A DNA stretch of 64,000 nucleotides from Syntrophales bacterium (GCA_963666365.2 CAXXNF010000001.1:64001-128000); one strand, 5' to 3'. Counted from the stretch's first letter, positions 18,949 through 29,104 are shown. Numbers and translations: made by a program. Notes: generated by a model not told the origin, from the letters alone.

Positions 18949-20250
18949 ATGACAGAAACGAAAAAAGGTAAGCAGCTTTTTACTGTATCACGGTTGTTCT
19001 TCCTGCTTATCGTCATCCCCTTGCTATTAATGGCTTTTCTCATCGCCAACGGTATATTTCAATTAGGGGACACATCAAAGAAAGGCGCCATATCGGCTCT
19101 TGATGAGAAATTCCAGCAGGAACTGCTGGCCCGCGCCATATCCGTGTCGGACAGTGTTGCCGATTTCCTGAGGCAGATCGAGAAGGATACGCTGGTTGCC
19201 ACAATCCTTCCGGTCAACGAAGAGACGTACATTGACTTTGTCGAGAAAAACAAGCAAGGTCTCTGGGTGAAAAAGGACGGCACTATTGCGAAGGTTATGA
19301 AACCGCTCTACACAGAAATGGCCTATATCGACAGTAACGGCAACGAGATTGTCAAAATTGTCGATGGGCACGCGGTACCCAAAGCCGAGCTGGCAAACGT
19401 CAGCGACCCGGCACGCACCACTTACAAAAGTGAGGATTATTTCGAAAAGGCGAAAAATCTTAACAAGGCCCAGGTATACATGTCACATGTGATGGGCTGG
19501 TACGTCGATAAATCCGCCTTCGAAAAAGGTGAGCGATTTATGGGTATCATCAGGCTGGCAACACCTCTCTTTGACAAGCAGGGGTTCGCGGGAGTTATCA
19601 CTCTCGCCCTTGATGTGCAACACTTGGCAAAATTTACGGATAACATTATTCCGACTGAACCCGGATACGTTCTTGAAGCTGACGTATCCACGGGAAACTA
19701 CGCCTATATGGTTGATAACAGAGGGTTCGTCATCTCACATCCTGTGGACTCTCACATAGCCGGTCTTTATCCTGACGGTACCCCGGTACCTGCAGTTACG
19801 GAAAAAACGATCAGCGAGATGTCCAAGAAGGGTCAGGAGGTACTCAATCTCAACCTACTGGGCGCCATTGATCCCGAGCTGCCGGCGGTCGCCCAAGACG
19901 CGGCCAAGGGAAATTCGGGTGTCAAATCATACAAATTCGGCGGACACACCAAGATTGTGGCCTACTCTCCGATCAATTACTATTCAACGGTTTATCCTGA
20001 ACCTGCCGGTTTCGGCTGGGTCGGACTCGGCATAGACGTAGATAAATTCAACGAGATGGCCATGAAAGCTTCCGAGAAGATAGAGAAAGAAACACGGGCA
20101 TGGACGACAACGGTGGTACTCATTATCATCATATCCATCATTCTGCTCTTCTTCATTGCATCAATACTGGCACGGGGCGTTGGTCGTTCGATTGAAGCCG
20201 AAGTCCCGGAGGATGCTCTGGAACCACCGGGCTATGACGACGAAGATTAA
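18949..20250 (+). CDS. membrane-anchored Cache-domain protein without a cytoplasmic output domain
   Basis: TM, extracytoplasmic region with YAYMVDNRGFVISHP Cache motif, TM, short acidic tail. Confidence 0.8.
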   Translation: MTETKKGKQLFTVSRLFFLLIVIPLLLMAFLIANGIFQLGDTSKKGAISALDEKFQQELLARAISVSDSVADFLRQIEKDTLVATILPVNEETYIDFVEKNKQGLWVKKDGTIAKVMKPLYTEMAYIDSNGNEIVKIVDGHAVPKAELANVSDPARTTYKSEDYFEKAKNLNKAQVYMSHVMGWYVDKSAFEKGERFMGIIRLATPLFDKQGFAGVITLALDVQHLAKFTDNIIPTEPGYVLEADVSTGNYAYMVDNRGFVISHPVDSHIAGLYPDGTPVPAVTEKTISEMSKKGQEVLNLNLLGAIDPELPAVAQDAAKGNSGVKSYKFGGHTKIVAYSPINYYSTVYPEPAGFGWVGLGIDVDKFNEMAMKASEKIEKETRAWTTTVVLIIIISIILLFFIASILARGVGRSIEAEVPEDALEPPGYDDED

Positions 20251-20273
20251 CAACTGTTAACATCAGACGTCAC

Positions 20274-20311
20274 AGAGAGGCCGAACGCCGTAACGTTCGG
20301 CCTCTCTTTTT
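20274..20311 (+). terminator. intrinsic terminator
   Basis: AGAGAGGCCGAACG-6nt-CGTTCGGCCTCTCT followed by a T run. Confidence 0.9.
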
Positions 20312-20472
20312 ATTTAAAAGAGCAACAACCTTCCCTTGTCTTCGTTCTTCGGTCTATACTCCGATATTTTTTCACCACGGCCTCAAATATCTGGACTTGG
20401 GGACGATATATGTAGTATCCCCCGGAAGGGTTCTCCACGAATGGTGCTATTAAAAAATCAAAAGGTGTCCTC

Positions 20473-21540
20473 ATGAACGGCAATCTCCTGTTCCGGGCAG
20501 GGAAAAAAGCCATGGAAAAGATACGCAGCAAAGGTCTTTCTCCTGATATGGTCAAAGTCATCGCGGGTGCAGCCGGGGGACCCAAATATCTTGTCCTGAC
20601 ACAGCTTGACCGTGAAATTTTCTCCACCTGGCTCGCAACGAGGAAACAACCGCTCTTTCTCGTCGGATCATCAATCGGCGCCTGGCGCTTTGCCGCGATT
20701 GCCCAGCGCGATCCGCTCAAGGCTCTTGAAACATTTGAAGCAAATTATATTCATCAGCACTATCGCACACAGCCCAGCGCCGAAGACATTACTCGTGAAA
20801 GTATTCGAATTCTTTCTACCTTCCTGACTGACAAGGGTGCGCAGGAAATACTGTCCCACCCCTTTCTCAGGCTTTCCATCCTTGCGGTGAAGGCACGATG
20901 GCCCCTTTCCAGCGATAACAAGATGTTGCTTATTCCGGGGATCATCATGTCGGCCCTGGCCAATATGCTGAACAGAAAACTTCTCAAAATCTTTTTCAGG
21001 CGCGTGCTTTTCTACGATTCGAGAGAACCGCCCCCCTTCCTGCACATGTCCGATTTCCCCATCCACAGGATACCATTGACTGTCCACAACCTGAAACAGG
21101 CCGTAATTGCCTCGGGTTCGATTCCCCTGGTAATGAAGGGAGTACACAACATACCCGGCGCTCCCCCGGGCATGTATCGGGACGGCGGCGTCATCGATTA
21201 CCATGTAGACATCCCCTTTTTTAAAGACAATGACGATGGAATCGTCCTCTACCCCCACTACAGTGGAAGAATCACCCCGGGATGGTTTGACAAAAAAATT
21301 ACCTGGAGGAGTCCATCATACATGGATGATGTACTGCTTGTATGTCCCTCAGATGAGTTCATCGGTAGGCTCCCCTATAGCAAAATACCCGAGCGGAACG
21401 ATTTTTATCTTTTCAAAGGTCGCGATTCCGACCGGATCGCCTACTGGAAAAAGGTCATCGACGAAAGCCGGCGGCTGGCCGATGAGTTTGCAGATATTGT
21501 GTATACGGGAAAGATTGGCGATGTCGTCAGGCAATGGTAA
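20473..21540 (+). CDS. patatin-like phospholipase family protein
   Basis: GAAGGPK, GSSIGAW, ASGSIP and DGG motifs. Confidence 0.85.
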   Translation: MNGNLLFRAGKKAMEKIRSKGLSPDMVKVIAGAAGGPKYLVLTQLDREIFSTWLATRKQPLFLVGSSIGAWRFAAIAQRDPLKALETFEANYIHQHYRTQPSAEDITRESIRILSTFLTDKGAQEILSHPFLRLSILAVKARWPLSSDNKMLLIPGIIMSALANMLNRKLLKIFFRRVLFYDSREPPPFLHMSDFPIHRIPLTVHNLKQAVIASGSIPLVMKGVHNIPGAPPGMYRDGGVIDYHVDIPFFKDNDDGIVLYPHYSGRITPGWFDKKITWRSPSYMDDVLLVCPSDEFIGRLPYSKIPERNDFYLFKGRDSDRIAYWKKVIDESRRLADEFADIVYTGKIGDVVRQW

Positions 21541-21677
21541 CCGGCATGCATGGTTCCACTTCTGCCTTGACTTTTGCAGATCCTTCCATTTAATAAAGTG
21601 CTACTTTCGCAGGGCAGGAAAGTCACCGCCCTATTCACACTGCCGATTTTCATGAATCACGACAAAGGAAGATTATA

Positions 21678-23063
21678 ATGCGATCAGTTAAAGAAGTAAT
21701 GGAAGCCAAAAATATCGCCATCTTCGGCGCCTCTGAAGATCCCCTTAAACCAGGGTCGATGCTCATTGAATCGCTGTTAAACACCGGTTTTAAAGGCCGC
21801 ATCGCAGGGATTAACCCCCGGGGGGGGACATTAAGGGGCATTACGTTTTACCCACGCGTTGATCAAGTTCCCTTTGATGTGGACATTGCCGCCATGATCA
21901 TCCCGCCTGCCGCCATCCCGGCCGCCCTTAAGGACTGTGCTCGCAAGGGAGTCAAGGGAGTGGTGATCTCTTCCGAAGGGTTTGCCGAATCAGGGGCACC
22001 GGGCAAGGCCATGCAGGAAGAGATTCGCTCGATTCTTCGCGCCGCCGATATACGCGGCTTCGGGCCCAACACACTGGGACTCGTCAATACGGAAACGGGG
22101 CTCCTGACATCCTACTTTGCCAACAAAAACATGGCAAGCCCAGGTTCTGTGGGCTTTGTCGCGCAATCGGGCATTTTTGTGGGCGCACTGCTCATGTATA
22201 TGAGCTCTTTTCCGGTCTACAGGATTTCAAAAGGTCTGGGGCTCGGCAACAAGGTGGATGTCGATGAAAGCGACGCCCTGGAATATCTGGCGCAGGATAG
22301 GGCGACAAAGATAATCGGCATGTACCTGGAAGACATCCGCGACGGCAGACGCTTTCTCGAGGAGGCACGAAAGGCGGTGCGCCAGAAACCGGTCATTCTC
22401 ATTAAGGGGGGACGAAGCGAGGCGGGAAGTGCGGCAACGGCCTCCCACACGGCGAGCCTTGCCGTCAATGATGCGGTCCTGGATGGATGTCTGAGGCAGG
22501 CAGGGGTGCTGCGTGTAAAGAAAGTGGACGAACTGCTGGCGACAATCATGGGGTTTCAATGGGCGCCCCTTCCCCGGGGCAACAGAATCGCCCTTGTCAG
22601 CTTCAGCGGCGCCCAGGCAATTATGACCATCGATCAGGCAACGGAGGAGGGACTCGCACTGGCCGGTTTTACGGACGCCACTCAGGATCGGCTTTCCACG
22701 GTGATTGCCAACTACCCGAAACGAAAAAATCCCATCGACACCTATCCCGACATGAATATCCACGGCTTTGAAAAGACATCAACGGAAATCCTCAAGGCCC
22801 TTTTTGACGATGAGGAGGTGGACGGCATTTTCTTTATCTCCTTTGCCGCATACGGCGTAGACATGTTCAAACCGCTGGTCAAACTGATCAAAGAACAGGC
22901 CAGCAAACCGGTGTTTGTCTCACTTCTGGGGGATGCACAGGACATTGCCAATTCCCGCAATTTCTTTATGGAGCACGAAATTCCCATATTCGATTTTCCG
23001 GAAACAGGGGTGCAGGTTTTTGCCCGCATGCGGCGGTATGCCGAGATGATAGGAAATAGGTGA
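21678..23063 (+). CDS. CoA-binding protein, NDP-forming acyl-CoA synthetase alpha-like (second paralog)
   Basis: IAIFGAS, FGPNTLG, GNKVDVDE, SHTASL. Confidence 0.85.
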   Translation: MRSVKEVMEAKNIAIFGASEDPLKPGSMLIESLLNTGFKGRIAGINPRGGTLRGITFYPRVDQVPFDVDIAAMIIPPAAIPAALKDCARKGVKGVVISSEGFAESGAPGKAMQEEIRSILRAADIRGFGPNTLGLVNTETGLLTSYFANKNMASPGSVGFVAQSGIFVGALLMYMSSFPVYRISKGLGLGNKVDVDESDALEYLAQDRATKIIGMYLEDIRDGRRFLEEARKAVRQKPVILIKGGRSEAGSAATASHTASLAVNDAVLDGCLRQAGVLRVKKVDELLATIMGFQWAPLPRGNRIALVSFSGAQAIMTIDQATEEGLALAGFTDATQDRLSTVIANYPKRKNPIDTYPDMNIHGFEKTSTEILKALFDDEEVDGIFFISFAAYGVDMFKPLVKLIKEQASKPVFVSLLGDAQDIANSRNFFMEHEIPIFDFPETGVQVFARMRRYAEMIGNR

Positions 23064-23084
23064 TAGGCGATTGGTGATAATTTT

Positions 23085-24332
23085 TTACCAGTAGATAATA
23101 CCGATCACAGCGCCGGTCATGCAGGTGGCAAGCGTTCCGGCAATTATCGATCGAAAACCGAGGGCGACTATTTCATCACGGCGCTCAGGCGCCATGGTTC
23201 CCAGTCCACCGATCATAATTCCCAGGCTGCCCGGATTGGCGAATCCACACATGGCATAGGTCATAATCAGAAGGCTTCGCTTATCAAGAACCCCTTCCGG
23301 AAGCCGGCTCATCTGCAAATAGGCCAGCAGTTCGTTCAAAATTGTTTTCGTACCCATGAGTGCTCCCGCCTGGTGCGCTTCACCCCAGGGTATTCCCATA
23401 AGCCATACGACAGGGGCCATAAGAAATCCCAGAATTCTCTGCAGCGTCAGTGAACCGCCACCGACATCGGGAAATAACCCCAGAACAAGATTCACCAGGT
23501 GCACCAGCGCCACCAGCACTACCAGCATGGCAATAATATTAAGGAGCAATTGGAGCCCCTGCACGGTCCCCTTTGCAATGGCATCCACGGCATTGAGAGA
23601 GGATTCCGGTGGGGCAAGCGTGCCGGCAGTCGTCTCTTCCGTTTCGGGAACCATTACTTTGGCCACGGTAATGGCTGCCGGGACGCTGATGATCGAGGCC
23701 GTCAGAATATGTCCCATTACATTGGGAATGACTTTTTCGAGAATGGAAGCGTATAGAACCATCACCGTGCCTGCGATGGTCGCCATGCCGGTGGTCATAA
23801 GGGTGAATAGTTCGCTCCTGGTCATATCCTTCAGATAGGGTCGAATCAGGAGAGGCGCTTCCACCATGCCCACAAAGATGTTTGCGGACACTCCCAGTCC
23901 TTCGGCGCCGCCCAGCTTGAGCATTTTTTGTAAAACCCAGGAAAATCCCTTTACTACAAGGGGAAGTATCCGCCAGTAAAATAAAAGTGAAGAAAGCGCA
24001 CTGATGACCAGCACCAGAGGAAGTCCTCTGAAGGCAAGAATGAAACTTGCTCCCGGGTCGGTTTCTGCAAAGGGAAGCCTTCCTCCTCCGAGATAGCTGA
24101 ACACAAAAGAGGTGCCCGCCGTTGTCGCTTCTTCCACGATTGCGACAATCCGGTTCAAAAGGAGGAACATTTCATTAAAGACCGGAATCTTCAAAAGAAC
24201 GAATCCAACAGCGAGTTGCACTGCAATTCCCAGCGGAATTAAACCGATAGGCACTCCTCTCCTGTTTTCGCTCAGCACCAGGGCGATGACGGCGAAGACA
24301 CACAATCCTCCCATACTTTGGATGATGCACAT
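23085..24332 (-). CDS. NupC/CNT family nucleoside transporter
   Basis: ANIFVGMVEAPL, GMATIAG, NELLAY, CGFAN motifs. Confidence 0.92.
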   Translation of the reverse strand: MCIIQSMGGLCVFAVIALVLSENRRGVPIGLIPLGIAVQLAVGFVLLKIPVFNEMFLLLNRIVAIVEEATTAGTSFVFSYLGGGRLPFAETDPGASFILAFRGLPLVLVISALSSLLFYWRILPLVVKGFSWVLQKMLKLGGAEGLGVSANIFVGMVEAPLLIRPYLKDMTRSELFTLMTTGMATIAGTVMVLYASILEKVIPNVMGHILTASIISVPAAITVAKVMVPETEETTAGTLAPPESSLNAVDAIAKGTVQGLQLLLNIIAMLVVLVALVHLVNLVLGLFPDVGGGSLTLQRILGFLMAPVVWLMGIPWGEAHQAGALMGTKTILNELLAYLQMSRLPEGVLDKRSLLIMTYAMCGFANPGSLGIMIGGLGTMAPERRDEIVALGFRSIIAGTLATCMTGAVIGIIYW

Positions 24333-24398
24333 TCGATAGATCTCTCCTCGTTGCTATACTTCCCGTTGGACAGGAGGCAGCATCCCGTCAAGGCCTCA

Positions 24399-25298
24399 TC
24401 AGTTTCGATACATCCCGTTGATTTGCTCTGCTGTTTTTCTTATCACTGCATCGACAGCCTCATCTTTGCCGCAACAGGCGTCCGGAACGGTGAGAAGAAA
24501 GGGCAGTACGACGAGGGCGGAACCGACAACTGATTCCAGAGCGGCTTTCGTATCCTTTTTCCTCTTTTCGACCCTGTGAAAAACAGGGTACTCGCCCCCT
24601 GACGCTTCATTATGGCCGAAGTCGTCAACGAGGAGGACGCCCCCCTCTTTTATGCCGGGGCGCTTCGACGCCACAATCTCCCAAAACCTGCGCTCACTTT
24701 TATGGACCCCTGAATCGGCAGAGTTCGCCACGAAAAAGGAGCATTCCCCGCCCATGGATGCGGCATCCCCCAGTGCCGCGGCACTGATATTCAGCCTCGC
24801 AAGTTCTCTGATGATCGCTTCGGTGGCCTCCCTGTAGTGATCCGTGGCAATGACCACCTGAACCGCCGGGGCCTCGTTCAACCGGGACAGGAGCGGCGCC
24901 CACCGCAGATCTATTCGGCATGATTCGAAATAGCGATCGACAAAGTGCGAGGCGGCGCGCTTCATTGCATGAAAGGACTTCGCATCGCTGTGAATGTGAA
25001 AAAGCTCCTGCAGTCTCCTTTCCAGAAGCGATCTGTAGCCTGTCGAGGTGGTGCTTCCCTCCTGCCAGGTGGGATTGACGACCTCATTCCAGAAAAATTC
25101 TGTGCTTTTCACGCCCAAGGCGGCCAGACCCGATGCAGTGAGTTCCGCCATCAGATGTTCCCTTCGTCCAAATGCAACGGCATCGAGACTGAGCGTTCCC
25201 GAGTAATCAAAAATAACCGTATTCACCTCTGCCGCTGCTCCCTCATACTCATTTGGCGGATCAACGGAATGGTGGTCCTGGCGATCCCGGCCGCTCAT
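24399..25298 (-). CDS. HAD-like hydrolase, last gene of the thiamine operon
   Basis: VIFDYSGTL (motif I), HKS and LLVDD (motifs III/IV); ATGA overlap with thiC. Confidence 0.6.
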   Translation of the reverse strand: MSGRDRQDHHSVDPPNEYEGAAAEVNTVIFDYSGTLSLDAVAFGRREHLMAELTASGLAALGVKSTEFFWNEVVNPTWQEGSTTSTGYRSLLERRLQELFHIHSDAKSFHAMKRAASHFVDRYFESCRIDLRWAPLLSRLNEAPAVQVVIATDHYREATEAIIRELARLNISAAALGDAASMGGECSFFVANSADSGVHKSERRFWEIVASKRPGIKEGGVLLVDDFGHNEASGGEYPVFHRVEKRKKDTKAALESVVGSALVVLPFLLTVPDACCGKDEAVDAVIRKTAEQINGMYRN

Positions 25299-26584
25299 GG
25301 ATGATCGTGGGCGCCTCTTTTCCCCAGTTTGATCGCACAGAACTCACCGCACATAGTGCATCCCTCTTCGGCGGCGCTTTCACTTTTTTCGAGCAGCGCC
25401 TCCGTCTTATCGGGATCGATCGCCGCTCTGATCTGTCCCGCCCAGTCAAATTCATTTCGACAGCGCGCCATCGCCTCGTCTTTGGCCAGAGCGCCCGGAT
25501 ATTCCTTGGCAATATCGGCGATATGCGCGGCAATACGGGACGCGATGATTCCCTCTTTCACATCCGCCAATGTAGGAAGTTTCAAATGTTCCGCTGCAGT
25601 GACATAGCAGAGGAAGTCCGCACCTGCGGAGGCGGCAATGGCGCCGCCGACAGCCGACGTGATGTGGTCGTACCCGGGAGCGATGTCGGTGGGAAGCGGT
25701 CCGAGCACATAAAAGGGGGCATTCCCGCAGAGGCGCTTCTGCAGCGTCACATTTGCCTCTATCGCTCTCAAGGGCACGTGCCCGGGTCCCTCGATCATGA
25801 CCTGTACGCCCTGCGCACGCGCCCGCTTTGTCAATTCGCCGAGCAATATCAACTCCTGCACCTGCCCACGGTCCGTGGCGTCGGCAATACAGCCGGGTCT
25901 CAGACCGTCACCGAGACTTAATACCATATCGTAGTGACGGGCAATGGCAAGGAGACGCTCATATTCTTCGAAAAGAGGATTCTCCCTGTCGTTGAACTGC
26001 ATCCATTTTGTCAGAATGCTTCCGCCGCGGCTGACAATGCCGAGCAGCCGGCCCTCCGCCTCGATACGTCCTACGCTTTCTCTCGTCACGCCGCAGTGCA
26101 CGGTAATAAAGTCGACGCCGTCGGCGCCGTTTTCTTCACAGGCATCGAACATATCGTCGGCGGTCATTTCCACAATTGCCTTCCGGTTGTCCAGGGCACA
26201 GGTCGCCGCCTGGTAAATCGGCACGGTTCCCACCACTATCGGCGAAGCCCCGACAATTTCTTTTCTTATGTGCCGCACGTCACCGCCAGTGGATAAATCC
26301 ATTACCGCATCGGCGCCAGCGGCGCCGGCAATTTCCACTTTTTTCAATTCGAGATCCAGATCTACACAATCTCTTGATGTGCCCACATTGGCGTTTACCT
26401 TTGTCCGCAGCCCCTTCCCGATTGCGCAGGGGGGTATGTTCCCGTGGATTCTGTTCCGCACCACCACAATCGTTCCCTCTTCGACACCATGCCGTATGTA
26501 TTCTTCCGAAACCCCTTCCTGTCGGGCGCAAAGGGCCATTTCCTCCGATATCAGGCCCTCTCGGGCCATTTCCAGTTGCGTCAT
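25295..26584 (-). CDS. thiC: phosphomethylpyrimidine synthase
   Basis: TKVNANVGTS, MDLSTGG, VSRGGS, EGPGH, CTMCGEFC. Confidence 0.95.
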   Translation of the reverse strand: MTQLEMAREGLISEEMALCARQEGVSEEYIRHGVEEGTIVVVRNRIHGNIPPCAIGKGLRTKVNANVGTSRDCVDLDLELKKVEIAGAAGADAVMDLSTGGDVRHIRKEIVGASPIVVGTVPIYQAATCALDNRKAIVEMTADDMFDACEENGADGVDFITVHCGVTRESVGRIEAEGRLLGIVSRGGSILTKWMQFNDRENPLFEEYERLLAIARHYDMVLSLGDGLRPGCIADATDRGQVQELILLGELTKRARAQGVQVMIEGPGHVPLRAIEANVTLQKRLCGNAPFYVLGPLPTDIAPGYDHITSAVGGAIAASAGADFLCYVTAAEHLKLPTLADVKEGIIASRIAAHIADIAKEYPGALAKDEAMARCRNEFDWAGQIRAAIDPDKTEALLEKSESAAEEGCTMCGEFCAIKLGKRGAHDHP

Positions 26585-26608
26585 CTATACTACTTCCTTT
26601 CACGACCC

Positions 26609-27553
26609 TCAGGGTCTTTTAAAATCATATACCAATGTTTTCACGTTCACTGGCCTCTCTATAAGCCCGTAGTCGAGGGCGAAATCGGCAAATCGCTGCC
26701 AGCGTCCGATATCGTGATTCTGATCCTTCGCATAAAGGGGCAGCGTAATGTCGAAGGCTTTCTTTTCCAATTCATGGGGCGCCTCAGGCACTGCCTTAAA
26801 ATACAGTTCCAACGCGCGCGCAGGATCCTGTCTCACGGCGTCTGTCGCCCACTGCAGCACCTGCACAAAGGCACGAATCGTCTTTTCCCTTTTCGCCAGC
26901 ACTCCCGCACCGGCAATGAAAATCAATTCATCATAATCGGGAATTCCCCACTCAACGAGTTCAAAATATCCGGGATCGTATCCCTTCTCTTTCAGCTCGA
27001 CGACCTCGTAATTTTTATAGGGCCCCATGATGGCATCCACTTTCCCTGACACAAGAGAGGGAACAATGGTAAATCCTACATTGACAGGGGCATATTCTTT
27101 AATGCCGTTGCATTTCGCAAACGCATCGGTCAGTATGTCCATCATGCCGGGCACGGTATACCCGATGATCTTACCTTCCAGATCCGCCGGCCTTACGATT
27201 CCTTTCCCTTTCAAAAAAAGCAGCACGCTGAGCGGGTGCGTTACCAGTCTTCCCACCACCCTGACGGGAAGCCCAGCAGAGGCGGCCATAATCGCCTGAG
27301 GCGCATAGGAAACGGCCAGATCCACATTTCCCGACGACGCGAGTTTCAGGGCATCTGTCGTTGCTGAAGGACTGAGGATCTTCACGGCAATGCCCTCCCT
27401 GGCAAAAAGCCCCTCTTCCTGTGCCACAAAGAGCGGCAGGTGATCTACATTGGGAAACCAGTCGAGCATAAGGGTAAGTTTCTCTCCTGCACGGACCGGC
27501 GCCGCAACCGCCATAGAGATGACAATAATAATGAGAAAATACATTTTTTTCAA
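26609..27553 (-). CDS. thiY: ABC transporter substrate-binding protein, NMT1/ThiY family
   Basis: LDWFPNVDH motif, signal peptide, operon context. Confidence 0.8.
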   Translation of the reverse strand: MKKMYFLIIIVISMAVAAPVRAGEKLTLMLDWFPNVDHLPLFVAQEEGLFAREGIAVKILSPSATTDALKLASSGNVDLAVSYAPQAIMAASAGLPVRVVGRLVTHPLSVLLFLKGKGIVRPADLEGKIIGYTVPGMMDILTDAFAKCNGIKEYAPVNVGFTIVPSLVSGKVDAIMGPYKNYEVVELKEKGYDPGYFELVEWGIPDYDELIFIAGAGVLAKREKTIRAFVQVLQWATDAVRQDPARALELYFKAVPEAPHELEKKAFDITLPLYAKDQNHDIGRWQRFADFALDYGLIERPVNVKTLVYDFKRP

Positions 27554-27584
27554 ATCAACTACTCCTTCCTGCCGGCCCGTTCAC

Positions 27585-28334
27585 TTATCTCCAGTGGATT
27601 ATTTTACGTTCCATGAAGCCCACAAACCCCCAGAGGAACAGTCCCATGCACGAGAGCCAGAGTATGGCCGCGAAGACCAGGTCCACGCTCAAACGTGCAT
27701 TCGCCTGGATCATCACATACCCAAGTCCCCTCTGGGCGCCGACCCACTCGCCGATCACCGCACCAATGGTGGCCACCGTTACCCCGACCTTAAGCCCGGC
27801 AAACAAAAACGGCAGTGCCCAGGGCCAGCATAACAAACGCAGCGTATCCCAGAATCCCGCACCCATGAGACGGAAAAATACACGATACTCGGGATCGCAG
27901 TTCTTATATCCCTCGAGAAGACTCACAGTGATGGGGAAAAAAATAATAATCGCCGCCATGAGCACCTTGCTGGCAATACCGTACCCGAGCCAGACCACGA
28001 GAAGCGGTGCCAGCGCAAACACGGGGATTGCCTGAGAAACGACCAGAAAGGGGGCCAGCGCCCGCTCAACTGAAGGGCATGCAAACATCACTGTCGCCAA
28101 GGGAAGGGCCACGACAAGGGAGAGCGCCACGCCGAGAAAAATTTCAAGCGCCGTGACTCCTGCGTGGGGAAGTAAAAGAGGCGCTTTGAGGAGAGCCGCG
28201 GAGAGGATCACGGTGGGAGCGGGAAGAATGAAGTCCGGTACCTCAAAGAGCCGGCATGCCACTTCCCAGAACACCAGGATAAGGGCAACTCCTCCCGCCG
28301 ATATGTACCGTGAATGTATGATCGTCATCGCCAT
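27585..28334 (-). CDS. thiX: ABC transporter permease
   Basis: LPAP, GAVIGEW...GLG motif, hydrophobic. Confidence 0.8.
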   Translation of the reverse strand: MAMTIIHSRYISAGGVALILVFWEVACRLFEVPDFILPAPTVILSAALLKAPLLLPHAGVTALEIFLGVALSLVVALPLATVMFACPSVERALAPFLVVSQAIPVFALAPLLVVWLGYGIASKVLMAAIIIFFPITVSLLEGYKNCDPEYRVFFRLMGAGFWDTLRLLCWPWALPFLFAGLKVGVTVATIGAVIGEWVGAQRGLGYVMIQANARLSVDLVFAAILWLSCMGLFLWGFVGFMERKIIHWR

Positions 28335-29104
28335 ACCCTTTTTTCAGCGGTCCCGTGGACCGGCATCCCGTTGAAAGACTCGCGCTGCAGCCCCTCAAGC
28401 ACATGTTCCTTCACACGAAGCAATTCCGGATCATTCCCTTTTCGAGGCTTCGGCTCATTTAGCACAAACCGCTCCCTCATCCGCATGGGAAACGAACTCA
28501 GCACAATAACTTCATCGGCCAAAAGCAGGGCCTCCTCCACATCATGGGTAATCATGAGGATGGTTTTGCCGAATTCGCTCTGAAGCAAAAGCAGCATTGA
28601 TTGCAGGCTTCTTCGTGTAATTGCGTCAAGTGCGGATAGAGGTTCGTCAAGAAGCACCAGTTCATGGCGAAACATCAACGTGCGTACCAGCGCACATCTC
28701 TGGCGCATACCGCCCGACACCTTTTGAGGCAGATAATCCTTAAACTCCTCAAGACCCAGTCTGCGAAAAAGCATGGATGCTTTTCTGCCCGCCTCCGCCC
28801 TGTCCTCCCCTGCGATGTGGATCGGAAGAAGCGCATTCTCGATCAGAGTGCGCCACGGCAGAAGAAGATCCTTCTGCTGCATATAGGCGGTTCTGCCTCC
28901 CAGATGGCAATACATGACGCCGGCCCAGAGGATTTCGCCACCGTCTTTTTCGACGGCGCCGGTCAGCACATCAAAGAACGTACTCTTCCCACACCCCGAT
29001 GGACCCACAAGGATTGTAAAGGCGCCCCTTCGGACGGTCAGTGAAAACCCATCGAGGACGACAAGGTCATCAAAACATTTTCGCAGATTTTTTACTTCCA
29101 GCAT
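28325..29104 (-). CDS. thiZ: ABC transporter ATP-binding protein
   Basis: GPSGCGKST, SGGMRQR, LLDEP; TAATG overlap with thi4. Confidence 0.85.
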   Translation of the reverse strand: MLEVKNLRKCFDDLVVLDGFSLTVRRGAFTILVGPSGCGKSTFFDVLTGAVEKDGGEILWAGVMYCHLGGRTAYMQQKDLLLPWRTLIENALLPIHIAGEDRAEAGRKASMLFRRLGLEEFKDYLPQKVSGGMRQRCALVRTLMFRHELVLLDEPLSALDAITRRSLQSMLLLLQSEFGKTILMITHDVEEALLLADEVIVLSSFPMRMRERFVLNEPKPRKGNDPELLRVKEHVLEGLQRESFNGMPVHGTAEKRVWR

